Shown: positions 57,664 through 64,000 of the stretch, one piece after another
Numbering within the stretch: the stretch's first letter is position 1
Layout: the number at the start of each line of letters is the position of its first letter
Source of the DNA: Phycisphaerales bacterium
Lineage (GTDB): Bacteria; Planctomycetota; Phycisphaerae; Sedimentisphaerales; UBA12454
NCBI GenBank assembly: GCA_039679715.1
Contig: JBDKUM010000239.1
Location: 32,060 to 96,059, forward strand
Direction of reading: 5' to 3'
DNA length: 64,000 bases
Notes under the pieces: generated by a model
The model's database searches: none
What the model was told of the DNA's origin: nothing
Seen by the model: only the letters and a program-made list of their open reading frames with translations
Translations under genes and position numbers: made by a program

Positions 57664-58311
57664 ATGATGCTTATAGGTAAAAAAGTTGGAATGACGCAGA
57701 TATATGACGAAGCAGGGAAAATTCTGCCGGTTACAGTTATACAGGCAGGCCCATGCACCGTTATGCAGGTAAAGACCGTTGAAACAGACGGATATAATGC
57801 AATTCAGCTTGGCTTTGATGATGTTAAGGCTTCGAGATTGATTAAATCTGAAGAAGGGCACGCAAAGAAAGCTAATGCAACCGCAAAAAAATGCGTTCGT
57901 GAAGAACGCCTGGATGCCAAATCAGCACCTTCCTGTAATGCCGGCGATACAATCACAGTAGAATCGTTTGCCGAAGTGAAGTATGTAGATGTTACCGGCA
58001 CGAGCAAAGGTAAAGGCTACCAGGGTGGTATGAAACGTCATGGCTTCGGCGGTATGCCTGCAAGCCACGGTACCGAACGGAAGCACCGTTCACCAGGTTC
58101 GATAGCAGGTCATGCGGCAAACAGAGGCTGGGGCGGCAAGCCTTCAAAGGGCAAAAGAATGGCCGGTCATATGGGGGATGTAAGAATAACAAGCAAAAAT
58201 CACGCACTCGTTAAAGTAGATGCTGAAAATAATCTTATAGTTGTAAAAGGTGATGTTCCCGGAGCAGCGGGCGGATACGTAATAATCAAACAAAGTAAGG
58301 GCAAGAAATAA
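57664..58311 (+). CDS. rplC: 50S ribosomal protein L3
   Basis: MLIGKKVGMTQIYDEAGKILPVTVIQ and GKGYQGGMKRHGFGG are L3 motifs. Confidence 0.96.
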   Translation: MMLIGKKVGMTQIYDEAGKILPVTVIQAGPCTVMQVKTVETDGYNAIQLGFDDVKASRLIKSEEGHAKKANATAKKCVREERLDAKSAPSCNAGDTITVESFAEVKYVDVTGTSKGKGYQGGMKRHGFGGMPASHGTERKHRSPGSIAGHAANRGWGGKPSKGKRMAGHMGDVRITSKNHALVKVDAENNLIVVKGDVPGAAGGYVIIKQSKGKK

Positions 58312-58326
58312 TTTAAGTCTAGACCT

Positions 58327-58956
58327 ATGATAACTATACCAGTACATAACAGAGAAGGTAAAGAAATCGATAGCCTGAAAGTCGATGAAGCGATTTTCGG
58401 TGGCCGTGTAAGACATGCACTGCTTAAACAGGCAATCGTAATGTATAACGCCAACAAGCGAGTCGGAACAGCAGCGACCAAGAGCAGAGGTATGGTCGAA
58501 GGCTCAACGAGAAAGCTTTACAAGCAAAAGGGAACCGGTAACGCTCGTGCAGGTACGGTTCGCACGAACATACGCAGAGGCGGCGGTGTCGCATTTGCCA
58601 AGTATTGGCGTGATTTCGGCAAAGATATGCCAAAGAAACAAAGACAACTGGCAACCGATTCAGCAATCCTTGCTAAATTGAAAGTCGGCAATGTCGTTGT
58701 TGTTGACGAATTAAAGTTTGAAAAACCAAAGACAAAAGATTTTGCCAAGGTTCTTGGAAATTTGAAAATTGAAAGAAGCTGCGTTGTTGCAATCAATGAG
58801 GCTGATAACAATATTTATATGTCTGCCAGAAATGTTCCTGGCATTAATGTTATGAAATCAATCGACCTTAACGCAGGCATTATTTTGAATAAGCAGAAAA
58901 TGCTTTTCACAAAGGATGCATTTATGGGTTTGATTGAAAAAGGCAAGAAAGATTAA
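58327..58956 (+). CDS. rplD: 50S ribosomal protein L4
   Basis: Position in the operon, and KQKGTGNARAGTVRTNIRRGGGVAF, the L4 loop motif. Confidence 0.95.
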   Translation: MITIPVHNREGKEIDSLKVDEAIFGGRVRHALLKQAIVMYNANKRVGTAATKSRGMVEGSTRKLYKQKGTGNARAGTVRTNIRRGGGVAFAKYWRDFGKDMPKKQRQLATDSAILAKLKVGNVVVVDELKFEKPKTKDFAKVLGNLKIERSCVVAINEADNNIYMSARNVPGINVMKSIDLNAGIILNKQKMLFTKDAFMGLIEKGKKD

Positions 58957-58983
58957 TTTCGAACGAGTAAATCGGATATAAAT

Positions 58984-59262
58984 ATGGACGATCATGAAAT
59001 AATAGTAAAGCCGTTGATAACAGAGCAGAGCACGCATTTGGCAAATACGAAGAATGCTTACGCGTTTGAAGTAAATACGAGTGCAAGCAAGCCAATGATA
59101 AAGGCTGCAATCGAACGTTTGTATGAAGTAAAAGTAAAAGATGTTCGTACGGCAAACCGCATTGGCAAGAAAAGCCGAAGAGGCAGATTTTACGGACAAA
59201 AGTCAGATTGGAAAAAAGCAGTCGTTGTGCTTGATGAACAATATCATATAGATTTATTTTAA
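58984..59262 (+). CDS. rplW: 50S ribosomal protein L23
   Basis: IVKPLITEQSTHLANTKNAYAFEVNTSASKPMIKAAIERLYEVKVKDVRT is the L23 pattern. Confidence 0.94.
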   Translation: MDDHEIIVKPLITEQSTHLANTKNAYAFEVNTSASKPMIKAAIERLYEVKVKDVRTANRIGKKSRRGRFYGQKSDWKKAVVVLDEQYHIDLF

Positions 59263-59364
59263 TACCCTTAAAGGGTAGAAGCTTTCGCGAGGGCGTAAAA
59301 TTTTTTTTAAAGGTTTTACCCGCGGATTAACAGAAATATAAAAATAGGATAAAGAGTTGCTAAT

Positions 59365-60216
59365 ATGGGTATAAGAATATACAGACCAACATCGAATGGA
59401 CGCCGGAATTCGTCAGTTAACGATTACGCTGATTTGACGACGACAACTCCGCAGAAGAATCTTTGCGTAAGAATAAAAAAACGCGGCGGAAAAAATAATC
59501 ATGGTGTAACGACTTGCAGATTTCGCGGCGGCGGTGCAAGAAAATTATATAGAGTAATTGATTTCAAACGCAATAAAGACAATGTATCAGCGACAGTTGA
59601 TACGATTGAATATGATCCAAACAGAAATTGTTTTATTTCTTTAGTCAGTTATGAAGACGGTGAAAAGAGATATATACTTGCTCCGCAGGGGTTGACTGTT
59701 GGACAGAAGATACAGAGCGGCCTTGAAGTTGAACCGAAAGTCGGCAACACAATGCCTTTATCAGCGATTCCGGTCGGAGTCGAAATTCATAATGTCGAAA
59801 TGACGGCGGGCCAGGGCGGCAAACTTGTGCGAGGCGCAGGGTTAGCAGCAAGATTAATGGCACGTGAAGGTGATTGGGCGACAGTCGTTTTACCAAGCGG
59901 CGAAATGAGAATGCTGCGAGTAGAATGCAGAGCGACAATCGGAACATTAGGCAACGCAGATTATCAGAACGTTAAAATTGGAAAAGCCGGAAGATGGCGT
60001 CATACCGGCAGACGACCGCATGTTCGCGGTAAAGCCCAGAACCCAGTCGCACATCCGATGGGCGGCGGTGAAGGCAGAGCGAACGGCGGTAGACATCCTT
60101 GCTCACCAACTGGTGTTCTTGCTAAAGGCGGCAAGACCAGAAATCCGCGTAAGGTAAGCAACAGGAAAATAGTTCGCAGAAGAAAAACTAACCGCGGTGA
60201 ACAATTAGTTCTTTAG
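59365..60216 (+). CDS. rplB: 50S ribosomal protein L2
   Basis: GRRNSSV..., IEYDPNRNCFISLVSYEDGEKRYILAP, and GKAGRWRHTGRRPHVRGKAQNPVAHPMGGGEGR. Confidence 0.97.
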   Translation: MGIRIYRPTSNGRRNSSVNDYADLTTTTPQKNLCVRIKKRGGKNNHGVTTCRFRGGGARKLYRVIDFKRNKDNVSATVDTIEYDPNRNCFISLVSYEDGEKRYILAPQGLTVGQKIQSGLEVEPKVGNTMPLSAIPVGVEIHNVEMTAGQGGKLVRGAGLAARLMAREGDWATVVLPSGEMRMLRVECRATIGTLGNADYQNVKIGKAGRWRHTGRRPHVRGKAQNPVAHPMGGGEGRANGGRHPCSPTGVLAKGGKTRNPRKVSNRKIVRRRKTNRGEQLVL

Positions 60217-60242
60217 TCAATTTTGAGGTAATGAGGTAATTA

Positions 60243-60527
60243 ATGGCTCGTTCATTAAAAAAAGGACCGTTTGTTGACGCAAAACTTTTGCAAAAAGTTA
60301 TGAAGCAGATTCAGACTGGTGTTAAAGACCCTATAAAGACCTGGTCAAGAAGAAGTACAATCGTGCCGGAATTTGTAGGTTATACGTTCATGGTTCATAA
60401 CGGAAAGATGTTTAATAAAGTATTCGTAACAGAAGAAATGGTCGGCCACAAGTTAGGCGAATTTTCAATAACTCGAGTATTCAGAGGTCATTCGGGTGTT
60501 AAATCAGCCGCGGCCGCTGCTGAATAA
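60243..60527 (+). CDS. rpsS: 30S ribosomal protein S19
   Basis: [19 protein letters not shown], and [28 protein letters not shown]. Confidence 0.96.
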   Translation: MARSLKKGPFVDAKLLQKVMKQIQTGVKDPIKTWSRRSTIVPEFVGYTFMVHNGKMFNKVFVTEEMVGHKLGEFSITRVFRGHSGVKSAAAAAE

Positions 60528-60536
60528 GGTGGAACA

Positions 60537-61088
60537 ATGTTAAGCGCAAAAAAGCTTGATAATTTAATTAAGTCTTCGGGCACAAACGTAACAGATCTTG
60601 CCGAGAAAATTGCTCGTACAGGACTGGAAAAGAAACAGGCGGCAACAGCATTGAAGAACTGGCGCAAAGGTTTGAATAGCCCGATTGCAAGAAAAGCGGA
60701 TATCGACGCGATCTCCAATGCATTAGGTGTTGAAACCACAGCAATTTCTGAATGGAAATGTACTGTGAAGTATGCACCGTCAACTCCGAGAAAAGCCGGG
60801 CTTGTTACCAAATTAATTGCCGGTAGAAATGCACAGGAAGCTCTGGATTTGCTCAAGTTCACTCATAAAAGAGCATCTTATATGGTTGACAAAGCATTGA
60901 AGAGCGCAATTGCCAACGCAGATGAAGATTCAGCTGATGTTGAAAGCCTTTATGTCAGCGAAGCCAGAGTTGACGGAGCTGGTATAAGAGTTGGAACAAA
61001 AAGATTTATTGCCAAAGACAGAGGCAGAGCACATAGTTTACAAAAATTAGCTAGTCACATTCATATTACCGTGACAGAAGCAAAATAA
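60537..61088 (+). CDS. rplV: 50S ribosomal protein L22 with an N-terminal HTH-like extension of about 75 aa
   Basis: The L22 core starts near residue 73 (KYAPSTPRKAGLVTKLIAGRNAQEALDLLKF...KSAIANA...GRAHSLQKLASHIHITV). The ATG at 60537 lies 5 nt after a strong AAGGTGG RBS and 9 nt after the rpsS stop. The extension is in frame with no stop. Confidence 0.85.
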   Translation: MLSAKKLDNLIKSSGTNVTDLAEKIARTGLEKKQAATALKNWRKGLNSPIARKADIDAISNALGVETTAISEWKCTVKYAPSTPRKAGLVTKLIAGRNAQEALDLLKFTHKRASYMVDKALKSAIANADEDSADVESLYVSEARVDGAGIRVGTKRFIAKDRGRAHSLQKLASHIHITVTEAK

Positions 61089-61102
61089 TTTAAGGATTTA
61101 AT

Positions 61103-61909
61103 ATGGGTCAAAAAGTACAGCCAGTTGGTTTTAGAACAGGCATCAGGTTGCCTTGGCAGAGCACATGGTTTGCTCCAAAAGCAAGTTACGGGCAGATGCT
61201 GGTTGAAGACGAACGAATCCGAAAATATGTAGATGATAAATTTAACAAGCAGCCTCCATTCGCTGCGGTTTCAAAGGTTGAAATCGCAAGGACGAGAAAT
61301 GAAGTGAAAGTAACGCTTCATACTGCAAGGCCGGGCATGGTGATCGGACCAAGAGGCGCTGAAGTAGATAAATTAAGACAAGACCTTGAACAGTTGATTG
61401 ACAGACAGGTAACTGTCAATGTTATGGAAATAAGAGAACCGTCTTTAGACGCAAGGCTTGCCGCTGAAGCGATTGCAGAACAGATGAAGAAAAGAGTCGC
61501 GTTCCGCAGAGCTATGAAACAGCAGACAGAGCTTTCAATGCAGGCAGGCGCAAAAGGCGTTAAAATTATTTGCTCGGGTCGTCTTGGCGGAGCTGAAATG
61601 GCACGCAAAGAAACCCAGATGGAAGGCAGTATTCCTCTTCATACTATAGATGCCGATGTCGATTACGCATCAGTTGGTGCTATTACGACTTACGGTGTTA
61701 TTGGTATAAAGGTTTGGATTTATAAAGGGAAATTCGGCGCACAGGTTGAAGAACAAGGCGCAGAGGCTCCAAAGAAAACACTGCACAGACCAAGAGCAGC
61801 AAGAAGAATGGAACGTAATGCAGGCCCAAGACGTGAAAGTCAGCCGCATGCCGCACCAGCAAAGCCGGGTGAAACAGCACCAGGTCAGGAACAAACAAAA
61901 AAAGAATAA
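61103..61909 (+). CDS. rpsC: 30S ribosomal protein S3 with a low-complexity C-terminal extension
   Basis: MGQKVQPVGFRTGI, KH domain, and GRLGGAEMARKETQMEGSIPLHTIDADVDY. About 45 extra Pro/Ala/Glu-rich residues at the C-terminal end. Confidence 0.95.
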   Translation: MGQKVQPVGFRTGIRLPWQSTWFAPKASYGQMLVEDERIRKYVDDKFNKQPPFAAVSKVEIARTRNEVKVTLHTARPGMVIGPRGAEVDKLRQDLEQLIDRQVTVNVMEIREPSLDARLAAEAIAEQMKKRVAFRRAMKQQTELSMQAGAKGVKIICSGRLGGAEMARKETQMEGSIPLHTIDADVDYASVGAITTYGVIGIKVWIYKGKFGAQVEEQGAEAPKKTLHRPRAARRMERNAGPRRESQPHAAPAKPGETAPGQEQTKKE

Positions 61910-61941
61910 AGTAAATTCGTAATTGAAACAGGGAAACAGTT

Positions 61942-62361
61942 ATGGCTCTAATGCCAAAAAGAGTTAAATATCGTAAAAGCCAGCGCGGCCGAATGAAAGG
62001 CAACGCGACAAGGCAGAATTATGTAGCGTTCGGCGAATACGGACTGCAGGCACTGGAATTAAGCTGGATAACCGGCAGACAGATAGAAGCTGCAAGAGTT
62101 GCGGCAACACACTTTCTGCAGAGAACTGGTAAAGTTTATATTCGAATTTTCCCGAGCAAATCCATATCAAAGAAACCACTCGAAACAAGAATGGGTAAAG
62201 GTAAAGCGGAAGTTGAACAATGGGTAGCTGTTGTGAAACCGGGTATGGTGATGTTTGAAATGGGCGGAATTGGTGAAGATGTAGCGAAGCGTGCAATGGC
62301 AAGAGTCGCTCACAAAATGCCGATTAAATGCAGATTTGTTACCAGAAGACATACGGTATAG
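61942..62361 (+). CDS. rplP: 50S ribosomal protein L16
   Basis: [41 protein letters not shown]. Confidence 0.96.
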   Translation: MALMPKRVKYRKSQRGRMKGNATRQNYVAFGEYGLQALELSWITGRQIEAARVAATHFLQRTGKVYIRIFPSKSISKKPLETRMGKGKAEVEQWVAVVKPGMVMFEMGGIGEDVAKRAMARVAHKMPIKCRFVTRRHTV

Positions 62362-62366
62362 GTGTA

Positions 62367-62555
62367 ATGATGAAAGCGTCCCAGATAAGAGAAATGAAAC
62401 CGGAAGATAGAAATGCTGAACTGGAAAAGCTCGAAAAAGAACTTTTCACACTGCGTACAAGAGCAGAAACAGAGAAGCTTGAAAATACACATCTCCTGCG
62501 AAATATCAAACGTGATATTGCCAGGTATAAAACAATAATTCGGCAGGCAAAATAA
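62367..62555 (+). CDS. rpmC: 50S ribosomal protein L29
   Basis: MMKASQIREMKPEDRNAELEKLEKELFTLR is the L29 pattern. The ATG at 62367 follows an AGGTG RBS. The track start at 62328 lies inside rplP. Confidence 0.9.
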   Translation: MMKASQIREMKPEDRNAELEKLEKELFTLRTRAETEKLENTHLLRNIKRDIARYKTIIRQAK

Positions 62556-62828
62556 ATGGCAGATGAACAGAGAAAACAACGTAAAACGATACGCGGCACA
62601 GTGGTAAGCCGCAGCGGCGATAAAAGTATCAGGATTGAATTGAATTTTAAAGTTCGACACCCTGTATACGGAAAATTAGTAAAAAGAACCACCAGACTTG
62701 GTGTTCATGATGAAAAGAACGAAGCCGGTATTGGCGATTTGATTGAAGTTATCGAATGCAGACCAATGAGCAAAACAAAATCATGGAGATTGGTTCAGAT
62801 AGTGCAGAAGGCACAAGAAAAGATATAA
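62556..62828 (+). CDS. rpsQ: 30S ribosomal protein S17
   Basis: RKTIRGTVVSRSGDKSIRIELNFKVRHPVYGKLVKRTTRLGVHDEKNEAGIGDLIEVIECRPMSKTKSWRL. The ATG directly abuts the rpmC stop. Confidence 0.95.
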   Translation: MADEQRKQRKTIRGTVVSRSGDKSIRIELNFKVRHPVYGKLVKRTTRLGVHDEKNEAGIGDLIEVIECRPMSKTKSWRLVQIVQKAQEKI

Positions 62829-62903
62829 AGAAGAAACCTTTTAATTGTTATAAGAATTAAAAGGAAAACTAAGGAATTAAAATATAGTTTAAAGGACAGA
62901 GCT

Positions 62904-63293
62904 TTGATTCAGCAAAGAACAATGATAGATATAGCCGATAACTCCGGTGTTCGCAGAGCACAATGTGTTAATGTGCTTGGACGAAGTGCGGCCAGTACCG
63001 GAAAATACAGACGCTGTACCGCATCGGTAGGCGACACGATTTGTGTAGCGTTAAAGAAGTATCTGCCCACCTGTCAATTGGACAGGAAAAAGGTTTACAG
63101 ATGCATAGTAATCAGGACAAAGAGACCAATCCGCAGACCTGATGGAAGTTATGTTCGATTCGACAGCAATGCGGCAGTAATTATCGATGCAGACGGCAAT
63201 CCAATCGGGACAAGAATTTTCGGCGCAGTTGCGAGAGAATTAAGAGAAAAAAATCAGATGAAAATCGTATCTCTGGCGAGCGAGGTCGTCTAA
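62904..63293 (+). CDS. rplN: 50S ribosomal protein L14 (TTG start)
   Basis: MIQQRTMIDIADNSGVRRAQCV..., RRPDGSYVRFDSNAAVII, IGTRIFGAVARELR. A small insertion relative to E. coli near residues 27-40. Confidence 0.93.
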   Translation: MIQQRTMIDIADNSGVRRAQCVNVLGRSAASTGKYRRCTASVGDTICVALKKYLPTCQLDRKKVYRCIVIRTKRPIRRPDGSYVRFDSNAAVIIDADGNPIGTRIFGAVARELREKNQMKIVSLASEVV

Positions 63294-63625
63294 TGGCAAA
63301 GAATGTAAAAAAAGGTGATATGGTTGAAATCATAGCCGGCGCAAGTAAAGGTACAACCGCTAAGGTAATGAAAGTAATACCATCAAAAGATAGAGTAATT
63401 GTTGAAGGCATCAACAGAAGATTTAAACATGTAAAGCCGTCACGCAAATATCCGCAGGGCGGAAGAATTCAGGTTGAAGAACCTATTCATATCAGCAATG
63501 TTCTTCCGGTCGATCCGAAAAGCTCTGCTGGTACGAGAGTAAGATTCGTAACCGACAGCAAAGGTGTAAAAAAACGTGTTTCTGTTGGTGGTTCTGAAAT
63601 TGGAATTTTAAGAAAAGCAAAATAA
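63293..63625 (+). CDS. rplX: 50S ribosomal protein L24
   Basis: KKGDMVEIIAGASKGTTAKVMKV (KOW) and operon position. Its start overlaps the rplN stop (TAATG). Confidence 0.93.
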   Translation: MAKNVKKGDMVEIIAGASKGTTAKVMKVIPSKDRVIVEGINRRFKHVKPSRKYPQGGRIQVEEPIHISNVLPVDPKSSAGTRVRFVTDSKGVKKRVSVGGSEIGILRKAK

Positions 63626-63682
63626 TGAAGTTTTGAGTTATGAGTTAAATTTAAAACTCGAAACTAAAAACTAAGATACAGC

Positions 63683-63698
63683 GTGGGCTGAAGCCCAC
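63683..63698 (+). repeat. GTGGGC-tgaa-GCCCAC hairpin (second copy of the GTGGGyTrAArCCCACCCT family), 22 nt upstream of rplE
   Basis: Read directly. Shares the GTGGG...CCCACCCT core with the copy at 44215-44232. Confidence 0.65.
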
Positions 63699-63719
63699 CC
63701 TACATTAAAGGTTTTTTAG

Positions 63720-64000
63720 ATGGCAAGGTTAAAAGATTTATATAAGTCGAAAGTAGTTGCAGCACTTAAAGAAAAGTACAAATATCAAAGTGCAATGGCA
63801 GTGCCTCGTATGCAGAAGATAGTAATATCTATGGGTGTAGGCAAAGCGACACAAGATAAAAAGTTCATTGAAAGTGCAATAGCTGATTTGACACAAATAT
63901 CAGGTCAAAAACCTTTGCTTTGCAAAGCAAAGAAAAGCGTGTCGAATTTCAAAGTTCGCCAGGGCGATCCAACCGGATTGAAAGTTACACTTCGCGGATT
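63720..64000 (+). CDS. rplE: 50S ribosomal protein L5, 3' end outside the window (not in the ORF track because it is unterminated)
   Basis: My translation from the ATG at 63720 is MARLKDLYKSKVVAALKEKYKYQSAMAVPRMQKIVISMGVGKATQDKKFIESAIADLTQISGQKPLLCKAKKSVSNFKVRQGDPTGLKVTLRG. It is collinear with the E. coli L5 N-terminus. Confidence 0.92.
   Translation, partial: MARLKDLYKSKVVAALKEKYKYQSAMAVPRMQKIVISMGVGKATQDKKFIESAIADLTQISGQKPLLCKAKKSVSNFKVRQGDPTGLKVTLRG

Noticed and set aside
60765-61088. An alternative short L22 starting at the internal GTG (60765), which would make the HTH-like region a separate unannotated gene or a spacer.
   Set aside because: No stop codon separates the extension from the L22 core. 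The upstream ATG has a much better RBS (AAGGTGG) than the GTG. A GTG start would also truncate the conserved L22 N-terminus. This still needs experimental confirmation.

Overview
All calls come from reading the sequence and the supplied ORF translations. No database search was run, so family assignments rest on recognised motifs. The window looks like a chromosomal segment of a moderately AT-rich bacterium, probably from the PVC group (Planctomycetota or Phycisphaerae-like). The lineage guess is low confidence. It rests on a PEP-CTERM protein, a dockerin-like leader on a GDPD enzyme, a giant M56/BlaR1 fusion, an orphan secretin, and families of small intergenic repeats.

The left 39 kb mixes envelope and housekeeping genes: a YfhO-like protein, an LPS-kinase-like protein, a SEDS protein, lepA, hemW, ppdK, a patatin, pgsA, rimO, trmB, groES-groEL, mprF and an EamA transporter. 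It also holds four accessory-looking loci:
- A BlaI-family repressor with paired operator dyads, followed by a roughly 2560-aa M56/BlaR1-type protein. Its extracytoplasmic part is a chain of secretin-like, CarboxypepD_reg-like and peptidase-MA-like modules rather than a penicillin-binding sensor.
- An orphan secretin lipoprotein with a roughly 200-aa K/A/E coiled-coil tail.
- A near-consensus sigma54 promoter in front of a receiver-like gene and groES-groEL.
- A visibly AT-richer three-gene cassette (29.4-31.9 kb) with no recognisable function. It encodes two membrane proteins and a Zn-ribbon/SEC-C protein.

The right 24 kb is one continuous plus-strand translation/transcription supercluster: tRNA-Thr, tuf, rpmG, tRNA-Trp, secE, nusG, rplKAJL, rpoBC, rpsLG, fusA, a 511-nt gap, then rpsJ through rplE. 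Strong hairpins and repeat elements interrupt it at several conserved gene junctions. Its L22 carries an N-terminal HTH-like extension of about 75 aa.

I saw no rRNA, CRISPR array, transposase or integrase.
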